A DNA stretch of 64,000 nt from Clostridia bacterium (GTDB taxonomy: Bacteria; Bacillota; Clostridia; Christensenellales; UBA1242), in NCBI GenBank assembly GCA_045588915.1, contig JAZNFA010000009.1, forward strand, positions 16,016 through 80,015, read 5' to 3'. Position numbers and translations under genes: made by a program. Below, in pieces: positions 1-9,912 of this stretch. The stretch's first letter is position 1, and every line of letters starts with the position of its first letter. The notes under the pieces were generated by a model. It made no database searches. It saw nothing but the letters and a program-made list of their open reading frames with translations, and had not been told where the DNA came from.

Positions 1-405
1 ACCACGACTACCATCGCCAACAACGTCGACGTCGCACTGAATGAACTCACGTAAGCGTCCGGCTTTGACAGGTCCGTTACGAAAAACTTTGCCGATTTCG
101 TAGCGTTTGAATGGAAGCTTTAAACTACGGTTTAGTGCGATGTATTTACAAAAGGGGACAGTTAAGTCAAAACGTAAGCCTAAATCACGTGCGCCTTGGT
201 CAGATAAAGAATAAATTTCTTTGACGATTTCGGCTTGGTCGCCGTATTTATAGGTGAGTAGGTCACGATAATTAAGCATTGCCGTGTCTAAAGGTTGATA
301 ACCGTATAATTCAAAATTACGGCGTAAAGTGTCTGTAATATGGTTACGGAGTGTCATTACTGTTGGGTCAAAGTCCGTAACGCCTTTTAAATTGCGAATT
401 ACCAT
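1..405 (-). CDS. hisS: histidyl-tRNA synthetase, N-terminal part (runs off window start)
   Basis: The minus-strand frame is open to the window edge and is not in the ORF track. My translation is MVIRNLKGVTDFDP...LRFDLTVPF...PFKRYEIGKVFRNGPVKAGRLREFIQCDVDVVG, which is typical of class II HisRS motifs 1-2. The ATG overlaps the metG stop (ATGGTAA). Confidence 0.85.
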   Translation of the reverse strand, partial: MVIRNLKGVTDFDPTVMTLRNHITDTLRRNFELYGYQPLDTAMLNYRDLLTYKYGDQAEIVKEIYSLSDQGARDLGLRFDLTVPFCKYIALNRSLKLPFKRYEIGKVFRNGPVKAGRLREFIQCDVDVVGDGSRG

Positions 406-1982
406 GTACGCTCCTGTATTTCTTTCATATCTAGTTTTTTGTAAAGAACACTAATGTCGCCTAGTGTTTTTGTTGCCAACCAGTTTTGAACTTTAGCTGT
501 ACCATTTGGAATGAAATATTTTAACATATTAGTTACAGCACGAATAACGACAACGCACTCGGCAATCGTTTGTGGGTCTAAGGTTTTCCACGGTGTATGG
601 TCGCTGAACCATTTGTTACCAAAGGCAACCAGGCTCATTGCTGTGGCCAAAGCTTTACTGCAAGCACCTGCTTCAATTTGTTGGTTGAAGTCGAGTAGTG
701 TTTTATCAATTTCTTGTGTGATGGTAGAATTTGGTTTCATTGCCGGAATTTTGCCGTCGAATTTATTTTTAATGAAGCTTAAGGTACGATTTACTAGATT
801 GCCGTAGTTATCGATTAGTTCGCCGTTAACGGTATAAACAAAATCTTCAAAAGAGAAGTTCGCATCTTTTTTGTCGTTAGTGTTACGTAAAAAATAATAG
901 CGAATCATATCGACATCAAAACTATCAATGAGTTGACGTGCACTAATGTAGTTACCTGTTGATTTGGAAATCTTTTTACCGTTCATTGTTAAGTATTCAC
1001 TGCTGATGATGTAGTCAGGTAAGTGCCATTGATGTTTGTTTTCAGCTAACAACAATCCTGGTAAAATCACGCTGTGGAATGGAATATTGTCTTTTGCGTG
1101 GACATAGTAGTGGCGTTTTGGTGCGTCATTATTATCTAATAAAAATTCTTGCCAGTCTGATTTAATTGTGTGGGTAGTGGAAAGGTAACCTAAAACATTT
1201 TCTGCCCAAATGTAAACACGTTTATCTTTGACATCGTTTAAGAGCTTTGTTGCGTTGGCTGGTAAAGGGACACCCCAAGTGATATTACGTGTAATCGCAC
1301 GGTCAATTAAACCTTCATTTAAATATTTGTTTGTCATACCAACGGCATTGTTTGTCCATTGTTTTTGTTTGTCTTGTAAGTTTTTTTGGATAACTTCTTG
1401 GAAGTTGCTTAAACATAAATAGATTTGTTCGGTGTTACGTAGTTCTGGGGTAGCACTACATAATTTACAATGTGGGTCTTGTAAATCTTCTGGTTCTAGA
1501 ATTTTACCACAGTGGTCACAAGAATCACCTTTAGCGTGTTTGCCGCAATGTGGACAAGTGCCTTCCACATAACGGTCGGGTAAATATTGTTGGCATTTAG
1601 TGCAGTATAACTGGGGAACAGTTTTCACAAATACGTTGTCAGTATCATATAAGTCAGCGTGAAAGTTTGCCGCAAAGTTTTGATGTGCTTCACTTAAAGT
1701 CGATGTGTATAAATCAAAAGAAAAGCCAAGATCGTTAAAATCACGTTGGTGGCTGGTATGGTATTTTTCGGCAATCTGTGTCGGTGTTAAGTTTTCGTTT
1801 TTTGCGCTAACCAAAATTGGTGTACCGAAACAGTCACTACCACTGACAAAACTAACGTTTGCACCGTGGTCACGGTAGTAACGAGCAATCACATCGGCAG
1901 GTAATGATGAAGCGATGTGTCCTAAGTGTAAATGACCATTTGCGTATGGCCAAGACAATCCAACTAAAACATTTAATCTCAT
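399..1982 (-). CDS. metG: methionyl-tRNA synthetase (short form, no C-terminal tRNA-binding domain)
   Basis: It has the HIGH motif (NGHLHLGH), the KMSKS motif (KISKS) and a zinc knuckle (CPHCG...CDHCG). Confidence 0.95.
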   Translation of the reverse strand: MRLNVLVGLSWPYANGHLHLGHIASSLPADVIARYYRDHGANVSFVSGSDCFGTPILVSAKNENLTPTQIAEKYHTSHQRDFNDLGFSFDLYTSTLSEAHQNFAANFHADLYDTDNVFVKTVPQLYCTKCQQYLPDRYVEGTCPHCGKHAKGDSCDHCGKILEPEDLQDPHCKLCSATPELRNTEQIYLCLSNFQEVIQKNLQDKQKQWTNNAVGMTNKYLNEGLIDRAITRNITWGVPLPANATKLLNDVKDKRVYIWAENVLGYLSTTHTIKSDWQEFLLDNNDAPKRHYYVHAKDNIPFHSVILPGLLLAENKHQWHLPDYIISSEYLTMNGKKISKSTGNYISARQLIDSFDVDMIRYYFLRNTNDKKDANFSFEDFVYTVNGELIDNYGNLVNRTLSFIKNKFDGKIPAMKPNSTITQEIDKTLLDFNQQIEAGACSKALATAMSLVAFGNKWFSDHTPWKTLDPQTIAECVVVIRAVTNMLKYFIPNGTAKVQNWLATKTLGDISVLYKKLDMKEIQERTW

Positions 1983-2044
1983 TAACTTGATGTTAACACA
2001 TTTTTCCTTAAATCACAATTACAATCTTGAGGATTAGTGTTTTA

Positions 2045-2073
2045 TTGACAAAATTCGCGCAGGTTGCTAAAAT
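2045..2073 (+). promoter_or_regulatory. sigma-70-type promoter for the 2107 ORF
   Basis: The layout is TTGACA-17 nt-TAAAAT. AGGAGG at about 2091-2096 precedes the ATG at 2107. Confidence 0.5.
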
Positions 2074-2106
2074 TTTCTAGAAATAAAAATAGGAGGTAAA
2101 TTAGTT

Positions 2107-3006
2107 ATGCCGAGTGGACGTAGTGGTGGAGGAAGCAGTCATTTCGGTGGCTCACGTAGTTTTGGAGGAAGCAGTCATTTTGGACGTAGCTCTTTCGGTG
2201 GTAGTAGCCATTTTGGTGGTTCTCATCGTAGTAGTGGTAGTTCACGTGTGCATATGCCTTCAATGCGTTGGCGCCCACACACAACCGTGATTTTTGGTCG
2301 TCCTGTTTATTTTGGTGCAGGTCGCGCGACAACTAGTTCTTTATTGTCTGTGTTAATTGTACTTGCAGTAATGGTAGCTGTGGTTTTAGGAATAAACTGG
2401 TATAATTGTGAAGAAGATTTAACCTTTATGCGCGAGAACTATAATCATTATCATGGTATGGCAGTTAGTGCTGAATTGGATGCAAATTATCAAGTGCTTG
2501 CAACAGTAACCGGAATTGAGGAATGGAAAGATAGTGGCAAGTTTCGTGTTTTGTATGAATATGGTTTAATCGACGGTTATTCTTTTTATGTTTATGATGA
2601 AGCGATTGCATTACAATTAAAACGTGATGGTGTTACTTTGGCAATCGATGATAAAAAGACAATGATTTCGTTATTAACTGATTCAATACCTTTGGATTAT
2701 AAAGATACTACATTAGAAGATGATGCAGAATATGTTGATTGTGCTAAGACGCGTGATAGTTTACGTTTGGCAACAATTCTTGTTGCTGGTCTTGCAGGTG
2801 CAATGTTTGTGATTTCATTGATTGTGTCTTTAACGGCAAAGAAAGCAACACCAGAACAAATTGCAGCAACAGAAAAGGCAAAATTTGGACAAAGTGCAAA
2901 AACAGCCGAAACACCAAATGGTACATGGCGCTGTGTATATTGTGATACTTTGAATGATAGTACAAAAACTACTTGCGATGGTTGTGGGGCAGGTCGCCAA
3001 AAATAA
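2107..3006 (+). CDS. membrane protein with N-terminal GGSSHFG repeats and a C-terminal zinc ribbon; function unknown
   Basis: A strong SD precedes it. It has four (G)GSSHFG(G/R)S repeats, two hydrophobic segments and a C-terminal WRCVYCDTLN..CDGCG (RanBP2-like zinc ribbon). Confidence 0.6.
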   Translation: MPSGRSGGGSSHFGGSRSFGGSSHFGRSSFGGSSHFGGSHRSSGSSRVHMPSMRWRPHTTVIFGRPVYFGAGRATTSSLLSVLIVLAVMVAVVLGINWYNCEEDLTFMRENYNHYHGMAVSAELDANYQVLATVTGIEEWKDSGKFRVLYEYGLIDGYSFYVYDEAIALQLKRDGVTLAIDDKKTMISLLTDSIPLDYKDTTLEDDAEYVDCAKTRDSLRLATILVAGLAGAMFVISLIVSLTAKKATPEQIAATEKAKFGQSAKTAETPNGTWRCVYCDTLNDSTKTTCDGCGAGRQK

Positions 3007-3043
3007 TTTGTTGAATTGCTAAATCTTTGTTAATATAAACATT

Positions 3044-3937
3044 ATGGCATTAAATATTGAAAAATGGTTAAAAGAAAACACTTGGGATTTGCAAGGTAAA
3101 GTTGTTGTGATGACCGGTGCTGCTGGTGGTTTGGGCAGTGTCTTATCACGTTATTTATTGCAATGCAATGCAAGTTTGATTATGTTAGAACGTGATGTTG
3201 AAAGAATGGAAAGTTTAAGTAAACAATTGCGTGAAGAATTTGCCAATGCTGAAATTGAAACAATTAAAATTGATTTAAATCATATTCGTTCAATTAATGA
3301 AGTTGTCGCTAAATTGATTGATCGTCGTATTGATTACTTAATTTTGAACGCTGGTGTTTATGATGTTCCGTTGTCTAAAAGTGAGTTAGGTTATAATAAT
3401 GTTTTCCATATTAACTTTATCGGTCAATATTATTTAACTAAACAATTATTACCTGCTTTGCAACGTACAAAGGGTAAAGTACTTCCGGTAAGTAGTATTT
3501 CGCTTGATTATGGTCGTTTGGATGAAAATGACATAGACTATACTACTCACGTAAAGAGTACAAAAGTTTACGGTAATTCAAAACGTTTCATTACATTTGC
3601 TATGTCAGAATTATTTAAAGATCGTGATGATGTACGTATGTCGATTGTTCATCCAGGTGTAACATTAACGCCGATGACAAATGCAAAAAATAAAGCATTT
3701 ATCAATTTGACAATGAAAATGATTTTCCCAAAACCAGCAGTTGCTGCATTAAGTATTTTGGCAGGTGTTTTTAAAGATAGTGAACACGATGAATGGATTG
3801 GCCCAAAAATTAAAAATATTTGGGGTGAACCAAGTGTTAAAAAATTACCAGAATCAACAGCAGAGGAACGTGCAAAGATTTTCAATCTTGCCGAAAATAT
3901 CTACAAGTTAATAACAACTTCTGATACATTCAAATAA
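3044..3937 (+). CDS. short-chain dehydrogenase/reductase (SDR)
   Basis: It has TGAAGGLGS (TGxxxGxG), NAG (LILNAGV) and YGNSK (YxxxK). Confidence 0.85.
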   Translation: MALNIEKWLKENTWDLQGKVVVMTGAAGGLGSVLSRYLLQCNASLIMLERDVERMESLSKQLREEFANAEIETIKIDLNHIRSINEVVAKLIDRRIDYLILNAGVYDVPLSKSELGYNNVFHINFIGQYYLTKQLLPALQRTKGKVLPVSSISLDYGRLDENDIDYTTHVKSTKVYGNSKRFITFAMSELFKDRDDVRMSIVHPGVTLTPMTNAKNKAFINLTMKMIFPKPAVAALSILAGVFKDSEHDEWIGPKIKNIWGEPSVKKLPESTAEERAKIFNLAENIYKLITTSDTFK

Positions 3938-3963
3938 ACATAAATTAGTTAAAAAAAATATTG

Positions 3964-3989
3964 AAAAAACCCTTGACAAGGGTTTTTTT
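3964..3989 (+). terminator. rho-independent terminator of the SDR gene
   Basis: AAAAAACCCT / AGGGTTTTTT forms a 10-bp stem with a 5-nt loop, followed by a T-run. Confidence 0.7.
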
Positions 3990-4001
3990 GTATGTTAGAT
4001 T
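3973..4001 (+). promoter_or_regulatory. 16S rRNA promoter
   Basis: TTGACA (3973-3978), a 17-nt spacer, then TAGATT (3996-4001). The -35 lies in the loop and 3' arm of the preceding terminator. Confidence 0.6.
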
Positions 4002-4145
4002 ATGGGTACTTGTTTGTGGAAGCAAGCAAGTCGTGTTCATTGAAAACTTAATACTTTGTACACATTTGTATAAGATTGTAGGTTTAATAAACACTATATC
4101 TTTGTCAATTTATGTCAGTCAAGAACTGAGTAATAAAATCAAATT

Positions 4146-5661
<1,516 letters not shown>

Positions 5662-5783
5662 TAAGAGTATTGCATGATAGGAATATCGTGCCAGCACAAT
5701 TAAAAGTCGAATACGCAATTGCGTAATGTGTATATTTAATCAAAGTACAAAGTATTAAGTTTCCGAACAATGAATATTGAAAA

Positions 5784-5814
5784 AAGACCGCCTTCGCATG
5801 ACGGTCTTTTTTTT
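5784..5814 (+). terminator. rho-independent terminator immediately after the 16S
   Basis: AAGACCG-loop-CGGTCTT is followed by about 8 T. No tRNA or 23S follows. Confidence 0.75.
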
Positions 5815-5914
5815 GTGTATTTTAATAAAAATGCAATTTGTTAAAATCAGTTGTGTTTTTATTATTTTTTGTATAAAATTTTATTGGGGAAATAGTAAAA
5901 AAGGATAAATTATT

Positions 5915-6772
5915 ATGAGTATAATTGACAAAGCTAAAGATTTACTTAAAAAGACTGCAAAAGAAATTAGTAATGCCGAAGATTTGCGTCGTAATCAAAA
6001 CATTGAAGACGTTGTTGCTGCATTAGAAGATGCAAAAAAACATGGTAAAAATGTTTATTATTCATATGAAAGGAAATATCTTTATTCAAATTGGAATAGG
6101 CGTGATGATGACGCTGAGACACTTACTTCTGATTTTAAGAATTTTTATTCGGTTGATGTAACATTAGATAGTGCTTATCAAACAATTTATGGTTGTACAA
6201 AACAGGAATTCGATAAGCAGGTGGCTGAGTTAGCAACTAATGTATCAAGTGCATTACATGAAGATTGGCGTAAAACTCGTTTGAATGAAGATGGTACTTT
6301 TGAACCACGTTGGAAAGCGATTAAAGATCAAGAGTTTATTACTTCCTTAAATTCAAATCAATTGCCAAGCAATATTCGTGTGGCAGACGGTAAGTATGAA
6401 ATCGATATTGCAAATTCAACTTATAATCAATTAAGTCCAGATTGGCAATATGAAAACAAAGAAGCGGGTAAGGTTGCTTCGGAATTGGTAATTCGTGGTC
6501 AAAGGCAATACGTATCAATTCATAACCAAGTGTGTTGGAATAGCTCTTATGGTGAGTATTTGGATAGAGAACAAGTTGGTAATAAAATTCACAATGAATG
6601 GTTGAAAAGAAATACTTGGGCGAAAGGTGGCGAATTGGATGTACCTTTCAAGGATTTACCACCGCATGAACAAGCTAAGGACATTGATCAATACAAAATA
6701 GCATATGCGATATTTGAAAAAATGCAACAAAAAGAACAAGCAATGCAAAATGATATGGGAATGGAAAGATAA
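5915..6772 (+). CDS. hypothetical protein with two RyR-like repeats (HEDWRK..., IHNEWLKRN...PFKDLPPHEQAKD)
   Basis: It is a 285-aa ORF with an AAGGA SD. The second repeat resembles the RyR-domain consensus (iHe.W...GW...P...L.e.eK..D). The N-terminal module is paralogous to the next ORF. Confidence 0.6.
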   Translation: MSIIDKAKDLLKKTAKEISNAEDLRRNQNIEDVVAALEDAKKHGKNVYYSYERKYLYSNWNRRDDDAETLTSDFKNFYSVDVTLDSAYQTIYGCTKQEFDKQVAELATNVSSALHEDWRKTRLNEDGTFEPRWKAIKDQEFITSLNSNQLPSNIRVADGKYEIDIANSTYNQLSPDWQYENKEAGKVASELVIRGQRQYVSIHNQVCWNSSYGEYLDREQVGNKIHNEWLKRNTWAKGGELDVPFKDLPPHEQAKDIDQYKIAYAIFEKMQQKEQAMQNDMGMER

Positions 6773-6789
6773 AGATAATAAAGTTAAAA

Positions 6790-6817
6790 GATCGTCTGTG
6801 AAGGCGGTCTTTTTTTT
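6790..6817 (+). terminator. rho-independent terminator
   Basis: GATCGTC-loop-GGCGGTC (with G-U pairs) plus T8. It is homologous to the 5784 hairpin but in inverted orientation. Confidence 0.6.
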
Positions 6818-6884
6818 ATTTTGTTAGATTGATATTTTGTATTTGATGGTGTATACTTATACCAGAGAAAGGGTAAAGAGAATT

Positions 6885-7238
6885 ATGGTTGATTGTGATA
6901 AGGTTAAGATGAATAAGAAAAATGCAAAGTATGTTGAATTAGGTAGTCTTATTTCAAATGATGATATAAATAATTTGTTTAATTTGGTCTCATCTTCCAA
7001 TGGACCTAATTCTTCAAGTGTTCTTTTTGCTGCTTTAGATAAGGCAAGAGATAGAGGTGAAAATATTTACACAACATTCTTGGGGGTAAAACTTTATTCA
7101 GCTGATGTAACAATTGAAAGTGTTCGCCAGGCTCAATATGGTCATTCTCAAATAAGCAGAAAAAAACGATTTTCTGAAAAAACTCAAAAAGAATGTTTAA
7201 AACAAGTATTACAGAATAGTGCAGAGATTAAAATGTAA
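6885..7238 (+). CDS. hypothetical small protein, paralogue of the N-terminal module of the 5915 ORF
   Basis: VLFAALDKARDRGENIYTTF..LYSADVTIESVRQAQYGHS aligns with DVVAALEDAKKHGKNVYYSY..YSVDVTLDSAYQTIYGCT. The start is uncertain (ATG 6885 or 6909). A TTGATA-17-TATACT promoter at about 6829-6857 makes the TTG at 6837 spurious. Confidence 0.5.
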   Translation: MVDCDKVKMNKKNAKYVELGSLISNDDINNLFNLVSSSNGPNSSSVLFAALDKARDRGENIYTTFLGVKLYSADVTIESVRQAQYGHSQISRKKRFSEKTQKECLKQVLQNSAEIKM

Positions 7239-7266
7239 TTTTCCTTTAAAAATTATAGTAAAGAAT

Positions 7267-7512
7267 TTAATGTGAATTTCGGCGATGTGCTGTAATAATA
7301 GTAAAACTATACGCATGGATTGTGATAACGCAATTAGGTGTTGTTACGTAATAATTTTTACCATTTTTCGTAATGTCGGCTTGGTTTGATAAAATTTCTT
7401 GGCGGCACCAGTTAAGAATATTATCTGATTTCAATCCTAAATTTCTTTGAATACGGGTGATTCCTAGTTCTGTTGTGTGTATTTGGTTGAGATATTTTAG
7501 TAAATCATTCAT
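7267..7512 (-). CDS. DUF3781-family protein
   Basis: IHTTELGITRIQRNL...GKNYY...ITIHAYSFTIITAHR matches the DUF3781 signature as I remember it. Confidence 0.6.
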   Translation of the reverse strand: MNDLLKYLNQIHTTELGITRIQRNLGLKSDNILNWCRQEILSNQADITKNGKNYYVTTPNCVITIHAYSFTIITAHRRNSH

Positions 7513-7522
7513 ACGATTAATC

Positions 7523-8395
7523 CTATTTAACTTCTAACACGGAATCCATAATTTGTGTGAGTCGGTCGCTGATTTGAATAAATTGTGGGGAAGTGCCTTT
7601 TTGATGCAAGCCGATGATAGTAAGTGATCCACCTGCTTGTAAGTGGTTGCTGGTACATAAAATATTTTCAAAATCCATTAAGGCTGCACTGGAATATAAA
7701 TTGGGATCAATTAAACCAGCTTTTTGCATACAACCATTGAATGCTGTGAACATTTTGTCGACGGTATCAATAATGAGTACGACTTTCTTGCCGAGGTCGG
7801 CTTGTTGCTTTGCGTAAAAGAATGTTGATAAACAAGTCATCAATTTTTCTCGGCTACAATAACTTGGTTTAGTGAAGTATGTTGTTGGAACGGTAAAATT
7901 AGTTGGACGGCCGTCAAATGATAACAAAATCGGCATAACATCGTTTGGAAGGTCTGTTATGATTTGGGCAACTTTGGCAGCAATGTCTTGGTTGTCATTG
8001 ACGGGTAATAAAACGGATGTACCTAAAGAAATGGAATGATTGAATGAATTAAAACTGTAGACCGGTTTACTGACAGGTGCTTCGTCATAATTGACGTGGT
8101 CGACCTTAATGATTTCAGTAACGATATAATTGTTATATTCTGAATTGTAATTTACCTTAGCGTGGATGCGATCACCCATTTTTAATTTATAAAAAGCAAT
8201 AAATTCAACGGTAATTAAATATGGTTTATGTTCATCAGTGATGAAAATACCGTTACCTTGGTTAAGTGTATGTACGTAACCAGTTAATGTTTTACTTGTA
8301 TCGGACAGTGGTGCACTACGCACTTGACTGTAAGAAATCTCAAGTCTTTGGGTAAGGTCATCAAAGATGGAAGACATATGGAAATGAATAGTCAT
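7523..8395 (-). CDS. Rho-like protein with a degenerate ATPase core (no Walker A)
   Basis: By eye it is collinear with Rho. The OB/CSD-like part is GYVHTLNQGNGIFIT..KLKMGDRIHAKV..IIKVDHVNYD. The core is VVLIIDTVDKMFTAFN (compare VIILLDSITRLARAYN) and GGSLTII. The GxxxxGKT position reads GTSVLLPVNDNQD. Confidence 0.6.
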   Translation of the reverse strand: MTIHFHMSSIFDDLTQRLEISYSQVRSAPLSDTSKTLTGYVHTLNQGNGIFITDEHKPYLITVEFIAFYKLKMGDRIHAKVNYNSEYNNYIVTEIIKVDHVNYDEAPVSKPVYSFNSFNHSISLGTSVLLPVNDNQDIAAKVAQIITDLPNDVMPILLSFDGRPTNFTVPTTYFTKPSYCSREKLMTCLSTFFYAKQQADLGKKVVLIIDTVDKMFTAFNGCMQKAGLIDPNLYSSAALMDFENILCTSNHLQAGGSLTIIGLHQKGTSPQFIQISDRLTQIMDSVLEVK

Positions 8396-8464
8396 ATATG
8401 CAATATTAAAGTGAAAATATAAGAGTTTGTCAAATTAAATAGTAGTAATACTGTCGAAAAAAAG

Positions 8465-8493
8465 TTGACACAAATGCTTTTCTATTGCATAAT
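8465..8493 (+). promoter_or_regulatory. tuf promoter
   Basis: The layout is TTGACA-17 nt-CATAAT, with an AAGGAG SD downstream. Confidence 0.55.
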
Positions 8494-8530
8494 AATCACA
8501 CTTGCTATAAAAAAGGAGAAAATGTAAAAA

Positions 8531-9736
8531 ATGGCAGAAAAAGAAAAATTTGATAGGAGCAAACCACACGTTAATATTGGTACAATCGGCCACGTTGACC
8601 ATGGTAAAACCACAACAACAGCTGCAATTTGTACTACTTTAGCATTGTCTGGTCAAGCTAAAGCACAAAAATATGAAGAAATTGATGCTGCTCCAGAAGA
8701 AAAAGCACGCGGAATTACGATTAATACCGCACACGTAGAATATCAAACCGAGAAACGTCACTACGCACACGTTGACTGCCCCGGCCACGCTGACTACGTT
8801 AAAAATATGATTACCGGTGCTGCACAAATGGATGGTGCGATCTTGGTTGTTGCTGCAACTGATGGTCCTATGCCACAAACTCGTGAACACATCTTGTTGG
8901 CTCGTCAAGTTGGCGTTCCATACATCGTTGTTTTCATGAACAAATGCGACTTAGCAGATGATGCTGAATTGCAAGACTTAGTTGAAATGGAAATCCGTGA
9001 CTTGTTAACACAAAACGGTTTCCCAGGCGACAGCGTTCCAGTTATTAAAGGTTCAGCTGCTAAAGCTTTGGCTGCTGCTCAAGCTGGTGATGCTTCTTCA
9101 CCTGATTTGAACTGCATTAAAGAATTGATGAATGCAATCGACACTTATATTCCAGATCCAAAACGTGATGTTGATAAACCATTCTTAATGCCAGTTGAAG
9201 ACGTATTCACAATTACTGGTCGTGGTACAGTTGCTACTGGTCGTGTTGAACGTGGTCAAGTTAAAATTGGTGACGTTGTTGAAATCGTTGGTTTAGGTGC
9301 TAACAAATCTACTACCGTTACTGGTGTTGAAATGTTCCGTAAATCATTGGATTCAGCTATGGCTGGTGACAATGCTGGTTTATTGTTACGTGGTGTTGAA
9401 CGTAAAGATATTGAACGTGGTCAAGTATTGGCTGCTCCAAAATCAATCACTCCACACACAGAATTCACAGCAGAAGTTTACGTATTGAAAAAAGAAGAAG
9501 GCGGACGTCATACTCCATTCTTCAATGGTTATCGTGCTCAATTCTACATCCGTAGAACAGACGTTACTGGTGTTATTGAATTACCAAAGGGTGTTGAAAT
9601 GGTTATGCCTGGTGACAACATCTCAATGACCGTTAAATTGATTTCTGAAGTTGCTATCGAAAAAGGTATGCGTTTCGCTATCCGTGAAGGAGGTCACACT
9701 GTTGCTTCAGGTGTTGTTGCTGACATCATCAAATAA
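8531..9736 (+). CDS. tuf: elongation factor Tu
   Basis: It has [17 protein letters not shown] and NKCD and is full length (401 aa). Confidence 0.98.
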   Translation: MAEKEKFDRSKPHVNIGTIGHVDHGKTTTTAAICTTLALSGQAKAQKYEEIDAAPEEKARGITINTAHVEYQTEKRHYAHVDCPGHADYVKNMITGAAQMDGAILVVAATDGPMPQTREHILLARQVGVPYIVVFMNKCDLADDAELQDLVEMEIRDLLTQNGFPGDSVPVIKGSAAKALAAAQAGDASSPDLNCIKELMNAIDTYIPDPKRDVDKPFLMPVEDVFTITGRGTVATGRVERGQVKIGDVVEIVGLGANKSTTVTGVEMFRKSLDSAMAGDNAGLLLRGVERKDIERGQVLAAPKSITPHTEFTAEVYVLKKEEGGRHTPFFNGYRAQFYIRRTDVTGVIELPKGVEMVMPGDNISMTVKLISEVAIEKGMRFAIREGGHTVASGVVADIIK

Positions 9737-9761
9737 TTGTTTTTCAATTATTGATTTTGAA

Positions 9762-9792
9762 AGAGTTAGGTTTATGCCTAACTCTTTTTTTT
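9762..9792 (+). terminator. tuf terminator
   Basis: AGAGTTAGG-loop-CCTAACTCT forms a 9-bp stem followed by a T-run. Confidence 0.8.
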
Positions 9793-9912
9793 GTGATAAA
9801 AACTGCAACAGATTAGGGTTATAAAAAGTTATTTTGAATGTTTTTTTGCTGAAATTTAGTAAATATCTAAAAAATTAGTGGCAGGGTGTAGGTTTTGTGA
9901 TATCATATTTTT

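Noticed and set aside
1983-2106. A T-box or other riboswitch leader for the metG-hisS operon.
   Set aside because: The intergenic region is only about 124 nt and is shared with a divergent promoter. The -10 sits 7 nt from the metG ATG. I saw no specifier or T-box sequence.
8522-8527. A minimal ATG-TAA start-stop ORF between the tuf SD and the tuf ATG.
   Set aside because: It is only 3 nt from the GGAG, which is too close for initiation. The SD-to-8531 spacing of 12 nt is still acceptable, so this is most likely coincidental in an A-rich leader.
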